64,000 nucleotides of DNA from Chiloscyllium plagiosum (GCF_004010195.1 NC_057719.1:18146157-18210156), one strand, 5' to 3'. Positions 36,346 to 49,615 are shown, numbered from the stretch's first letter. Program-made: numbers and translations. The notes: a model not told the origin generated them from the sequence alone.

Positions 36346-39300
36346 GGCGGGAGATAAATTTCAACACGTGATTCAGGATCCAAAGATGTTGATTGCAATT
36401 GCAAATTGGAATGTGCATGGTGTGTACCCTGACCAGTTTCACTGGAGCATGGGAGATCTCCCCAGTGTACCAACCAATATTTATCCCTTAGCCAACATCA
36501 CTTTAAAAATGCACGTTATTTCTGTTTCTGGGAAGTTGCTGTGCATATAATGGCTGCCACCAAAGTTTCTTACTTTGTATCAGTGATACAGCTGCTTGAC
36601 ATTCTCCTGACCTTTGAGCCCTGAGTGCTTTCTGCCATTTGAGTTTTTCCCTGGCTTTCTGTAAAATATTTTGTGATCTTGGGGTTTGAATTGCATTGTA
36701 TAAATGCAAGTCAGCTAGCCTGTTATTTATGAATGTCTGTCCGCATCTATGTATTTCTTTATTTTTTTCTTTCTTTACGGACAAAGGCATCAAAGCAGAT
36801 ATTTAAGATGATGGTCTTTTCTCAGATACTATTAACAGCATTCTGTGGTGATTAGATATGAGGGGTGATTGAAGTAGGGCAAGTGGAATTCTGGCAGATG
36901 CACATGACTGTGATAAAACTCCTTTCACCTTCTTGCTGAAATGATTCATTGTCCAGTCAACGCACTGACACAACACACTGTTGTTCCTGTCACACACTTT
37001 TCAAAAATGTTAGCTGAATAATCATAGGTGCTACTGGCATGATTCCGTAAGTCCTTCAGAGCTCCCTCTGACCAGAGTATAATGCTGAATGCAGGTGATT
37101 TAAATAGGACAGAGTGTGAGTTTAGGTTATATATAAAATGACCTGATGCTGAAAGCCAATTTTAGCTGCTCGAGTTAGTACAAGAGGATGAGGAAGCTCA
37201 TTCTGTATTATTTTAAGCAGGGTTAATCACAATATTCCACAGATGAATACTCTACATTACGGGCAAGTATATCGGTGCTACGCTACAGTTTCCATCTGAC
37301 TTATTGTAAAATATTGAACTCGCAGGATGGAATTTGTCAAATTCCGCAGAAAAGTCTGTCTCAGGCCAATAAAATGGTTCAATCTCTTCCCAGAGGATAT
37401 TTATTTCCGAATCTTCTACTCACATTGCCAGCTCTTTTTTTATTTCCCTTCTGCTGCCTGGGGGATTTGCAGAATCTATCGCCAGCTGACTGGGTCCCAG
37501 TATTCTATTGATGCTCTTCTGAACCTGGGTTAGGAAAAGTCATGAATTAGCCTCCGTCTACTCTGAGATAAGTGTCTCTGCCTCCCTAAAGGAACACAGC
37601 TGAGTGAGTAATCAAGCTAGTGGCACATCACTCTTCTAATACCCAGCAATAACATTTTATAGCCATAGTACTGTTTAAAATTTGTTTCTTAATGCATCCG
37701 AAGTATTTGCTTCATGCAAAGCAGATTAATTGCTGGGAATACAATGGAACAAGCAGCAAAACTGGTAAGATTTCACATTTCTCAGAGCTAGAAGTGTCCA
37801 AAGCTGTCAACTTCAGCTCAGTGATAGCACTCTTACCTCTAGGTCAGAGATTCATGAGATCAATTAGCTGAGAGACAGAAAGTAGTTCGAAGAGGTGACC
37901 AGTTAGTTTGCAGATATTAGTTTGCAGTTAGAAAATATTTTGTGCTGTTCCTCGTGCTGGCTACTAAGGTTACTGTTCCTCTTGATATAAATTAATTGTA
38001 ATATGATTTATCAAAAAGATGTAATTGATGATGTGGTTTTGACATCAGCAGCTGTCAAGTCATGAGGCTCAAAGGACCTCATAAAGAGAGAAGTCTAACC
38101 CTACACCAGCGTTGTTCTCAGTAATTTACAATATTCAGATGCAAATAAAGTAGTAATACACTACATCAGAGTGGAAGAGATGAGTTGGATATGAGCAATA
38201 GCCTCAGGAATAGTGTATGTGCACATACCTACAACCCAGAGATACACATGACTGGTATCTCAATAAGTCAATTCTCTGGAATGATGATTACATTCTTGAG
38301 ACACATCACCCAAGAGAAAGGCAACACAATGGAACCAAGGAAGACCATCAGTGAATTTCTAGTATCAAAGATGTAAATGGTATTTAACCCTTTGTAAATA
38401 TGGTCAATCAAGTAGGAAAGTTTATCCTAGATTAGTCAGATCTACCCAAGTCATGAGAGTTTTTGAAGAAAGGCCAGCAATGGTACTGGAGTCAGGAAGA
38501 GATGGTAGCTTTTAAAAAGATTAAAATTGCTTTCAACTGATGTGCTAGCACATTACCATCGAACAAGCAGAGGTACCAAAGGTTCACTCCAGCATTTAAT
38601 TACATTGAAAGGAAATCTGCAAGTGATCAGCAATCTGCAACAATCTCCAGCCACGGATATTCCTTTTGATTGCTGCACTAATACAAACTGATGTGTGGTT
38701 AGGGCCTCACTGCTGCCCCTACAAATGGATAGTTTCCAGGATCAAAAAATGGCAGGAATTTCAATCACTGGTTAATTAACTGTAAACACTCAAAGCTGCA
38801 GCGTGAATTACACATTTGACAAAATAGCCCAATAGGAAGTGTAAACCCCTTGCACATGCCCTCCCCAGGTGCCTAAGTGATAGTAGAAGTACTGACAGAA
38901 TAAACAGATAATAAGCACAAGGGAGGATCTCAAATCCAACCCTGCCAAAGGTAATGCTTGGCAATTACCTGTAAAGACCGTGGCAGCATTGACCTTTTTG
39001 ACTTTAGCTCATTTGAGGCATTAGCATGGGACAGAAACTGGCATCAACTGGATCTTCAAGCTGTGAAGCATGTCAGGCCAGATTGCTGTACTTAACAAGG
39101 AAGCAATGTGTAATATCTGCTTCCTACACTTAGTCCAGCTGAAACAGTTCATCTAACAGTGGGTTTTTCTCAATATCTAAGGTCCAACGGATAGCATGCA
39201 TGTGGTTCTTGAGGGAACTTTTGCCCAGTACTGATGATAGATTTCTTTGATTGGCCAAGTAAGTTGGATTTCTGACAGACCTCCTGGTAAATTCGATTCC

Positions 39301-40051
39301 ATATTATCAGGGTAACCCTGAGATAGTCTCAGGCTACCAGGTCATCACAATACCTGGCAACATCAGAGATGAGGAGCCAAACTACCCAGTGGAGCACACA
39401 GCAAGATTGAATCAGTATGAAAATCTCAGCTGAAATTAGTGCATTAATTTGGATAGGGAACCTGGTTGCCTTTCCCAATCTATCGCCCGCCTTTTGCAGT
39501 GGTCTCTCAGTCCATCATGTAGTAATGCTACAGGAGCTGTAAACCACAGGAATGCTTTGGAGAGCCGTGTGATGGACGTTTTGGGGCAACTATGATTGTG
39601 ACAAGGTTGACGTGAGCTGGCCTGAAGTATTCCATGCTGAGCCAAGCTGTATATAGCTCAGCACAACTGAAACATTGACCAGCTGTGTTTGCTTGTTGCC
39701 TGTGATAAGTACTCTTAGGTCAGACAAGCTGTGGGTCAGGAAACTGAGAAGAAAACCATACGCGCTGCCATCTGATGCCAACCAGACACCTGCTGTCTGA
39801 AATCAGTTCTCTCTAATGGGAATCATGTACATGTGCTGTGAGGTGCAACTGAAATCTGAAAATAAATGGTTTCCTTTTGCATTACTTATAAATCTGCAAA
39901 TCAATCATGCACTTAACAGTAGATATGCTTATCTTTTTGCAAAATGTCTTTGTTGTGTTTAGAAATCCCAGCATAAATTTTAAACTATGTGGACATGATA
40001 CAAAACTCTTTTCATGAAGTAAGCACATTTGAAATTGACTAAAATAAACCG

Positions 40052-40182
40052 AGTTCTGAGGGAGGGTCACTCAACCTGAAATGTTAACTCTGATTTCTCT
40101 CCAGCCAGACCTGCTGAGCTTTTCCAGCAATTTCTATTTATGTCTTTGATTTACAGTATCCGCAGTCATTTCAGTTCTTATT
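40052..40182 (+). mobile_element. PLE family D terminal fragment
   Basis: TTCTGAGGGAGGGTCACTCAACCTGAAATGTTAACTCTG...CCAGCAATTTC. Confidence 0.7.
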
Positions 40183-40809
40183 TCCTACTTCTCCTTATCT
40201 TTATTCTCCATTAATCATACAATTGGCCTTTAGCCCCATCCCCCAGATATCAGCATTAATCCAGCCTCTTGTACTTCCCCCTTTCTCTTTGTCTTACCAT
40301 TGCAACCATACATTCAGCTGTCCAAGCATCTGGAGTTCTTGCCTTAAGATGTTCCTTCTATTCACCTCTCTCTTTTCTTTATCATCCATCATGCTTTTGA
40401 TCCCATGTTCTCCACTAATATCACCTTTGGCATAGTGACCATTTTTATCTGATTTGGGTGTTTCTTTTTTAAATGCACTGTATCACTTCAAATTGGTGAT
40501 ATGCTTCAATCTGAACCCATTCAAGTGGCTGTTAGTAAGCAGTAAACTCTTCTGTAACAAGAACAATTGGTAATCCTTCATTCACTTACTAACAGCACAT
40601 CTGTTGTGGTACTTCTCACAGTCTCTATGTCAGTATACTTTTAAGAGACATGCTCAGATATCATCACTGTATTCTACCATGCAACCTGATGGTTTAAAGG
40701 TTTCAGATTCCATCTTCCTTGAGGATTACTTGAAGTATGACATACTAATAAGTGCATAGTTAAAAAGTCACAACACCAGGTTATAGTCCAACAGGTTTAA
40801 TTGGAAGCA

Positions 40810-40844
40810 CACTAGCTTTCGGAGCGCCGCTCCATCATCAGGTG
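40810..40844 (-). ncRNA. Minimal hammerhead ribozyme, intact core
   Basis: CAC-CTGATGA-T-GGAGC GGC GCTCC-GAAA-GCTA-GTG. Confidence 0.75.
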
Positions 40845-41190
40845 GTTGTGGAGGACACAATTGTAACACAGAATTTATAGCAAAAGTTTACAGTGTAACT
40901 GAAATTATACATTGAAAAATACCTTGATTGTCTGTTGAATCTTTCATCTGTTCAAATACCATGATAGTTTCACTTCTTTCATGTGTAAATCACAAAACCT
41001 TTTTTTTAAAGTTACGTTCTCAGGTTAACTGTAACAATTGGTGTTAGCCAGATAATGTTGAAGGTGTTAGCCCCCTATGTTCTCTGTCTCTGCCATACTG
41101 TTTAGACTGATACTAATCTAAAAAGTGTGTTAACAGAGTCTTACATGAATTCATGCAGTTTTTGAGCAAAGTACAATGTAACTCTGCAAC

Positions 41191-41225
41191 CATCTGATGA
41201 AGGAGCGACGCTCCGAAAGCTAATG
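41191..41225 (+). ncRNA. Minimal hammerhead ribozyme, intact core
   Basis: CAT-CTGATGA-A-GGAGC GAC GCTCC-GAAA-GCTA-ATG. Confidence 0.75.
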
Positions 41226-41330
41226 CTTCCAATTAAACCTGTTGGACTATAACCTGGTGTTGTGTGATTTTTAACTTTGTACACCCCAGTCCAACACCGG
41301 CATCTCCAAATCATAATAAGTGCATGGTTT

Positions 41331-41490
41331 TCAGCATCTGAGGAGCAGGAGAATCGACAAGTCCTAATGAAGGACTTAGGCCTGAAATGTCAATTCTCCT
41401 GCTTCTCAGATGCTGCCTGACCGGCTGTGCTTTTCCAGTAACACACTCTTGACTCTGATCTCCAGCATCTGCAGTCCTCACTTTCTCCTA
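41331..41490. mobile_element. PLE family A short fold-back
   Basis: CAGCATCTGAGGAGCAGGAGAAT ... ATTCTCCTGCTTCTCAGATGCTG. Confidence 0.8.
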
Positions 41491-41774
41491 GAATAGTACT
41501 AGCCGAGATATTTAGATGTGCTTGTGAACAGAATATTTATATATATTAGTGAATTGTAATAAATGTGACAAAGTGAATGCTGGATCTTTCAATGCTATGT
41601 TATCTACATCTCGTCTCTCACATTATGAAGAATAACATAAGCATTGCCACTTCAAGTAAAAATACCTAACATAAGAAAAACTCACATTGAGGTCCTGTCT
41701 CTGCTGTAAAAGTTCTCATCCCTACTTCACCTGTTTTATTGAGTGTAGCACAATCAATGTGATGGATCATTAGC

Positions 41775-42050
41775 GTGTTTTGAGAAGATTTGTAGCTCAG
41801 GTTGAGATTCTGGATATAGGTTTGCTCGCTGAGCTGGGAGGTTCATTTCCAGACGTTTCGTCACCCTACTACGTAACATCCTCAGTGGGCCTCAGGCAAA
41901 GCAGTGTACATGATTCCTGCTTTCTATTTATATGTTTGGGTTTCTTTGGGTTGGTAATGTTACTTCCTGTGGTGATGTCATTTCCTGTGGTGATGTCATT
42001 TCCTGCTCTTTTACTCAGGGGGTGGTAGATGGAGTCTAACTCGATGTATT
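41775..42050 (-). mobile_element. PLE family C terminal fragment with internal 18-bp tandem repeat (TTCCTGTGGTGATGTCAT x2)
   Basis: Homologous to 52664-53042. Confidence 0.75.
41849..41888 (-). ncRNA. Minimal hammerhead ribozyme, intact core (family C)
   Basis: CCA-CTGAGGA-T-GTTAC GTAGTAGG GTGAC-GAAA-CGTC-TGG. Confidence 0.75.
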
Positions 42051-42264
42051 TACTGATGGCTCATTGTAGATTGTGTGTCTTTGCCAGTTCTAACTTGCAG
42101 CTGCTACTGCTGACCTGCAATGTAACAAATTACAGACAGAGAGCTGAGTTCAGCACTTCCATTAAAATTTGTGTCCCGAATACATTCAGGTGACAAGAGT
42201 AAATACCCTGTACAAAACCAAAGGAGATCACACTTTTAAAAAAAATTCATTCATTGGATCTGGG

Positions 42265-42832
42265 CATTGCTGGATGTGATGCTGGAAGTATATAAAACAT
42301 TAGTTAGACCACAGTTAGAGCATGTGCGCAGTTCTGGAATCCACATTGTAGTAAGATGTGATTACACTGGAGAGTACAAAGAGCAGATTTATCAGGATAT
42401 TGTTTCTTGGAGAGTTTTATTTGTGAAACTGATTGGAGAGACTGGGGCTGTTTACCTTTGAGCAGAGGAGACAGAGGGAGGACATGATTGAAATGCTTAA
42501 AATGATAAGGGGCATAGACAGGGTAGACAGGAAGATACTTTCCCCTCATTAAGGGATCATTGGTAAGGGGCAAGAAGTTTAGGAGGAATGTGAGGAAAAT
42601 GTTTTTCACCCAGAGGTGGGTGCGAATCTGGAAATCACTGCCTGAAAGGGTGGTAGAGGCAAATATCCTCACAACATTTAAGAAGTATTTAGATATACAC
42701 TTGTGGTGCCAAGGCATACAAGGCTACAGGTCAAGTGCTTGAAAATGAAATTAGAATAGTTACCTTGTAGATTTTGACCAGCATGGACTTGATGGGCCAA
42801 AAGGCCTTATTCTGTGCTGTAGTTCGCTATGA
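42265..42832 (+). mobile_element. CR1 LINE 3' fragment
   Basis: VMLEVYKTLVRPQLEH; VRGKKFRRNVRKMFFTQRWVRIWKSLPERVVEA. Confidence 0.88.
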
Positions 42833-43499
42833 AACTCAGTGAGATGAGTGGCTGAGGCAGTGTAGTGGCAGGTGGATAAGTGAGGCACAGGGCAACAGGT
42901 GACTGACTGATCAGGATGGCAGGAAGGTGGTTAAGGGTCTATGGTGGCAAGTGGGTGAGGGAGTAAACTAGCAGTCAAGTATGCCAGAGGAGAGATCAGT
43001 TGGGGGATGTTATGGTGGGGTCAGGGTGATCAGATCAAAAGGCATCAAGGATCTTTGGTGGGGTTTGTGGTGATGGTGGACAGAGTGAACATTGGGGGTG
43101 TTAAAGCTAAGCTTGGAAGGCCAGTTTTAAGTTACCCAAGACTAAGAGTCAATGGTAATCCCTGTAAACATTCCTGGTTAATTACCAAGATAAGTAAAAC
43201 CTTGAAGCCTTTTACTCTCATTCAGAACTGGGGACTATTTCTGAGGATTCCAGTGATCAAGTGGTTGACCATTAAAGTTGAAACTTCTGTGACAATTCGA
43301 GGTCAGTGATTATGTGGGATTTCCAAGGACTCCCATGATGCACCTTTCAGAGTACAATTTTACAACGGTATCTCCCAATCAGAAGATCTCGGCTGAGCTC
43401 TTCTTAATAAGTTGGAATTCTGCAAACTTGAAAATATTTGGAAAACATAAAACAAATTACAATAAAAATCTGCCAGTATTATCTAACAAAATAGCTTGG

Positions 43500-43800
43500 C
43501 CATAATTGTGCCGCATGTGGCATTGTCGGACACATTTCGGAGTCCTCAGCGTTTGATCCTATTGGCGGCAATGTTACTTTCAGTGTAATTACTGCCAGTT
43601 CATATTTTCCACCTTGTATTATACACAGCCGTAATGGATTAGCACACGATGACTAAAACACCAATTACACCACTAATTAAGGGGCAGGGCTGCAAAAAAT
43701 AAGCCAAACTGCCATTTTCCACATTTTAAATGCCTGTTAAACATGTGTGCCGTAAGACCCATTTGACATAAAATTTAATGCCTCCTTCAATCTTGAACTA
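43500..43800. promoter_or_regulatory. Candidate conserved non-coding element (homeodomain-site rich)
   Basis: TAATGGATTA 43632-43641, CTAATTAA, GTAATTAC, retained CpGs, non-repetitive. Confidence 0.4.
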
Positions 43801-44948
43801 AATGCTTAGTTATAAACATCTCATTCATTGTCTTACATTGCAAAAAGATATCAGAGAATCAGTTGCTTTGAAATAAAATGTAAGGTATTTTAGGACTTGA
43901 TAGAAATATAGGATCATTCTGAACTGTCTATTTTAAAGTTTAGAATGAAAGAAAACTTTGCATTTATACAGTGTTCTCATGACTGCAGGAAGTTCCAAAA
44001 GCAACTAAATGGTTCAGTATAGAAAGCAGGAGGGCATTACAGTAGCAGAACTGAAACATAAGGTTCACAGACTAATGAAGCTACAACACAGGAATACTTG
44101 CGTGCCCAACAGCAAGAAGCTGCATGCAAGGCCAAACAAGCCCACAGCCTATGGATCAGATCAAAACACTGAAGTCCTGCCAGATCCTGTCATGGATGGT
44201 GTGGACAATGAAACAACTGGCAGGAGGTGGAGACTTCACAAATATCCATATCCTTTATGATGAGGGAGCCTAGATCATCAAGCCAAAAAAAAGGATAAAT
44301 GTTTGCATCCGTCTTCAGCCAGAAGTGTCGGGCTGATGGTTCACCTCGGTCTCCTTCTGACGTCCCAATCTCACAGATACCGCTCTTCAGCCAAATCATT
44401 TCACTTTATTTAATATGAAGAAACAGCTGAAGGCATTAGATACTGCAAAGTCTATGGGCCCTGAGAACACTCCGGCAATAGAACTGAAGGCTTGTACTTT
44501 TAACTATCCATGCCCCTAGCCAAGTTTTTTCCAGAGTATCTACATACCAATGGGGAAGTTTCCCAGGTGTGACCTGTCCACAAAAAAATGCCAAATCCAG
44601 GTCATCCAATTACTGCTCAAATAGTCTACTTTTGATAACCAGTGATGTGATGGAAGGATTCCAAAACAATACTACTAAGTGGGTCTTCCTCAGTATATCC
44701 TGCTCATGATGCTCAGTTTGGCTTCTGCCAAGACTACTCAACCTCTGTCATTGTTATAATCTTTGTTTAAACATGGACAAAAGAACAGAATTCCTGGGGT
44801 GAGGTGAGAATGATTGTTCTTGCTATCAAGGCTTTGTTTAATCAAGATACCTCACCAAAACTGGTATAAATGGGAACCAGGGGAAAGTCTGTAAAGCTTT
44901 TAATTAAAGCTGGCACAAAGGAAGCTGTTTGTGGTTATTGAAGATGAG

Positions 44949-45132
44949 GAGAAAGTGAGGACTGCAGAGGCTGGAGATCAGAGCTGAATATGTGTTGATG
45001 GAAAAGCACAGCAGGTCAGGCAGCGTCCAAGGAACAGGAGAATCAACGTTTCGGGCGAAGGGCTCATGCCCGAAATGTCGATTCTCCTGTTCCTTGGATG
45101 CTGCTGTGCTTTTCCAGCAATACATTTTCAGC
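44949..45132. mobile_element. PLE family A fold-back with 15-bp TSD
   Basis: GTTATTGAAGATGAG at 44934-44948 and 45133-45147. Confidence 0.88.
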
Positions 45133-45494
45133 GTTATTGAAGATGAGTCATCTTTCCAAAGATACTAAACAAGCTCAATACCACCTGGAATAATGCATCT
45201 CACTTGACTGGCACCTAGTCTGCAGGAGTTTCTCAGAGTAGTGTCCAAAGCCCACCCATTTGCTTCATCAATGATCTTTCTTACATTATCAGGTCAGAAG
45301 TCAATATGTTCACTGATGTTGTACAATGTTCAGCAACATCCACAATTCCTCAGATTCTGCAGAAGGTCCAGTTCATATATAACCACACCTATACAGCATT
45401 CAAATTTGGGCTGATAACTGGCAAATAAGACAATAAAAGTGCCAAGCAAAGGCAATCTCCAACAAGGAGAAGACCTAGCTTTCACCCTCTGACA

Positions 45495-45640
45495 TAAACC
45501 AAAGAACTGCAGACATTGGAAATCTGAAACAAAAGCAGAAAATGCTGGAGAAAATCAACAGATCTGGCAGCATCTGTGGAGAGAAAGCAAACTTAACATT
45601 TCAGGTCCAGTGACTCTTCTTCAGAAGAGTTCTGTTTTTG
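45495..45640 (-). mobile_element. PLE family D terminal fragment
   Basis: AGAACTGCAGACATTGGAAATCTG...GTGACTCTTCTTCAGAA. Confidence 0.75.
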
Positions 45641-47599
45641 GCATTCATTAACGATACTATCTCTACATTAACATCCTTGGAGTTACTATTGACCTGAACC
45701 TGAACAGGTACAATTATGTGGACTAAAATACTATGGCCACAAGAGCAGGTCAGAGGTTAGGAATGTTACTGTGACTGACTCATCTCCTAAATTCCCCAGA
45801 TCTGACCACTATCAACAAGACACAAATCTGGGGTGTGATGGAAGGTACTTCACTTCTCTGGGCAACTACAGCTCCAAACGAGCTCAACACCACCTAGAAT
45901 AAAGCCTCTCACTTGACTGGCACCTAGTCTGTCACCATTAACATTCACCCACATTGGCATTGTGTGTCAACTGGTGGACTGCAGCGGTTCAAGAAGGCTT
46001 CTCAAGGGCAACTAGAGACAGGCAATAAATGCTGGCCAGCCAGCGACAACCACATCCCACAAAATGGATAAACAAAAAAAAAGCCTCATTAACATGTAGT
46101 GGTAGTAGTGTGTACCAGTGTGTACAATTCAAGAAGCATTGCAGCAACTCGTCAAGTCTCCTTTGTTGGTACATTCCAAATATGTGACCTCTCCCAGCTA
46201 GAAGGACTGGAGGTGGGTGTGTTTCTCAACATCTGCAAGTTCCATTCCAAGAGAGACACTATCCTGTCTATATTGCAGTTCCTCCACCATCGTTGGACCA
46301 AAATTCTGGAACTCCTTCCCAAACAGCACTGTGTCTATCCCTACACCCAAAGACTTCAGCAGTTCAAGAAAGGAACTCACCACAGATAAGTGGGGTAACA
46401 TTTGACAGCATCAATTTACATCATATCAAGATATCCAGGATTGCTCCTTGCAGGACCCACCCAGAACTTTGTGTTCCATGTACTATATGCTGCTACACGA
46501 TAGTGCACTTGAAATCAAATTTCATTATTCCAGCAGTCATCACAAAATTAAAGAATTTTAAAGTAGACAGTATTCCGCAGTTTACCTGTCTTTTAGGCCT
46601 CCCTTCTGACCAAGTTTCTGTACTTAACAAAAGTGACTATTTATTGCAAACAAATAGATTCTAACTACTGATGAACAATTATGACTGTTGACATATAACT
46701 CTACTAATTACTACTCCATACCACTTATAAAATTCCCACTCTAAGTATAAATACAGGCACAAATAACATCAAGGGTGTTATTGGTGGAGGGAAAGACTAG
46801 AAAGACAGTTCAATGGTTCTTGTCCATAGGGTGTGCTGAGCTGATCCTTTTGCTGATTAGAGTGCTGTTCCTCCAGCTTCCTTCTCCAGGTACTTTCACT
46901 TGTTTACAAGAGGCACAAGGTGACTGGTTCACACTCATAAAGGTCCTTAACTTTTTAATTAAAAGTCACAGCTTACAACAGCTGATAGATCTCTCACACC
47001 AAACTCTGGAACAGGCAATGTTACCCAGTGGGCGGGGGGCAGACCTTGAACAGTTAGACGAATGCAAAATCACTGTTGAACCTCCTACCACAAGTTCTCC
47101 TTTAGATCTAATACAGGTCTGTCAAAAGTCAGGAAATATCCATATTCCCCAGAGTGCTTTCTGTGAGCTTTGACGTGGAGAAGTTCAGATTAAATAGGAA
47201 ATGCATTGAATTTGAGGTGCAGGAAATTAACACTCAATTGGAACCAGCGAACTGGAACTTGGAGCAACTGAGACTCAAATTCCTCACACTGATTGCTGTA
47301 CTGATATTCAATTCAATAAGCAAAGAGATTTGATAGTTTTGGGAGAAGTAAAATGATCAGAAGGTTGGGATATGGTTGCTTCAGATGCAAAGGATATACA
47401 GGGGTTTTTGATTTACAAACGTCCTATTTAGGAATGTTCATGTTTATGAACTTGACAAACAGGGGTGTAATTTTAAAGATCTGACATATGACCATTTCCC
47501 ATACTTATGAACAGCTCCTTTATATTGTCCTGCATTGTATTGTGCCTTGCGTATAAATCACATTGTGACTGGACTTCAGAACGGAACCCAGGGTCTGCC

Positions 47600-48090
47600 T
47601 GTACATCATAGGAGAGATGTGATTGCACTGGAGAGGGTGCAGAGGAGAGTTACCAGGATGCTGCCTTAGCTGGAGGGTTTCAGTGATGAAGACAGATTGG
47701 ACAGCCTGGGATTATTTTCCTGAGAGCAGAGAAGATTGAAAGAGTACATGATTAAGATGTATAAAATTTTGAGAGACATTGATATGGTAGACAGGAAGAA
47801 ACTTTTCCCCCTGATGAGTGGATCAGTGACCAGGTGGCATAGATTCAGTGTAAATGACAGAGGTTGAGGGAAGAGGTGAGGATTCTTTTCACTCAGAGGA
47901 AGGTGGGAAACTGAAATTTACTGCATGTAAGCAGAAAACTTTATCGTATTTAAGAAGCATTTAGCTGTCCACTCGTACTGCCAAAGTATTCAAAACTCTG
48001 GACCAAGTGCTGGGGAATGGGATGAGAATAGTTAGGTGGTTGTTTTGACCAACATGGACAGGATGGGCCAAAAAGCCTTTTTGCTATGAC
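47600..48090 (+). mobile_element. CR1 LINE 3' fragment
   Basis: GGAGAGATGTGATTGCACTGGAGAGGGTGCAGAGGAG... Confidence 0.85.
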
Positions 48091-49027
48091 ATGAGAGCTC
48101 AAAGCAACAGTTAGAAAGTAAGCCTCCAACAATAGATTTTAAGTCTGACGTGATTGTTCAAAAAATTGATGTTTAAGCAAAGTGCTGTTGTTTAACACAA
48201 ATACACATTAGGTGCTGAAGCAATCTTTCAGACTGAGGAAGTGGACATAACAGAGAAACTGTGGAGAAATACAGGTAATGAAAGCAGAGATACAGACCTG
48301 AAAGCAGACATGCAGGAAAATGTTTCTAGCTCATGTGCTGAGGAGGATTTTGTTGAAGCAGGAATGCCGGTGTATTTATTTGAGTTAGAATTGTATGAAG
48401 AACACAGTGACTCTAAGCCAAGGGCATTGACCTTGGATCTAAGTTAACACAATATAATTTCAGACACTGGCAAAGATGTATTAACCGTGGAACCAATGGA
48501 ATTGACTTTTTTTTCCATTTCAGGTGAAAATTTGGATACAGATATTGAGTGTTTTTATTCCGGATTATCATTATTTTTATTCGGAGTAAGAGCACAGAGC
48601 GAACAGAAATTCCTGTTTCTGTGAAACAGCAGAAGTGATCAACACAGCCAAATTATTATTTGGAAAAGTTGACAGCCTTCCTTGTTACTGCAGTGCATTT
48701 TTTACAGTATCTATCTCACGTATATAAACCACTGCAGAGTGACAGCCACTGGAAAGTATTTTTTTTTCAGAACTTGTAACTTCACAACATAGGGGTTGAA
48801 GTTTGTAAGGGAAGGGGAGAGGCATCTTTCAGCATCATTTGCACCGTTGCAGGAATAATAGTAAAAATTGAACTACAGCAAACACAATTTTTAGCATACA
48901 AAAATGGAATAGTGCAAAAAGTTAAGGAAAAGATGACGAAAGATTATGACCTGGAGAAGGGATAAATGAGCATGATTGGATATAAGTCTTGGGCTTTGTT
49001 GTCTATGTCTCCTATGTCTTATGATAG

Positions 49028-49615
49028 GGAGGTGAAGGCCGAGTGGTATTATTGCTGGACTGGTGATCCAGAGTTCCATATAATGCCCTGGGGACCCAGG
49101 TTCAAATCCTGCCATGGCAAATGGTGGAATTTGAATTTGATTTTTAAACATGAATCCATTGTCAAATGTCAGAAAAACCAATCTGGTTCACTAATGTCCT
49201 TTAGGGAAAGAAACTGGCATCCTAAGCTGGTCTGGCCGACCTGTGACACCAGAGACCCGGGTTCAATTCCCGACTCAGGCGACTGACTGTGTGGAGTTTG
49301 CACGTTCTCCCCGTGTCTGCGTGGGTTTCCTCCGGGTGCTGCGGTTTCCTCCCACAGTCCAAAGATGTGCGGGTCAGGTGAATTGGCCATGCTAAATTGC
49401 CCATAGTGTTAGGTTAAAGGGGTAAATGTAGGGGTATGGGTGGGTTGCGCTTCGGCGGGTCGGTGTGGACTTGTTGGGCCGAAGGGCCTGTTTCCACACT
49501 GTAAGTAATCTAATCTAAAGATGTGGTTCACTTTTAACTGCCTTCTGGGGCAATAGGGATAGGCACTAAATGGCCTAGCCAGCGGTGCCCTTATCCTGTG
49601 AATCAATGAAAAAAA
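49028..49615 (+). mobile_element. tRNA-derived SINE (family 2) interrupted by HE1
   Basis: Head with GGTTCAAATCC, core ATCTGGTTCACTAATGTCCTTTAGGG, tail GGCCTAGCCAGCGGTGCCC shared with the second LINE family. Confidence 0.75.
49249..49518 (+). mobile_element. Young 5'-truncated HE1 SINE
   Basis: CpG-rich V domain, TAATCTAATCTAA tail. Confidence 0.93.

Larger units (their letters stand above)
40762..41313. mobile_element. PLE family B insertion with inverted termini and TSD
   Basis: TAATAAGTGCAT(A/G)GTT at 40746-40761 and 41314-41329; inverted arms 40762-40848 and 41187-41275. Confidence 0.88.
43990..46400 (+). mobile_element. Long decayed second-family CR1/L2-group LINE (ORF2 RT to 3' end)
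   Basis: QLKALDTAKSMGPENTPAIELKAC...; 3' tail near 45975-46080. Confidence 0.8.
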
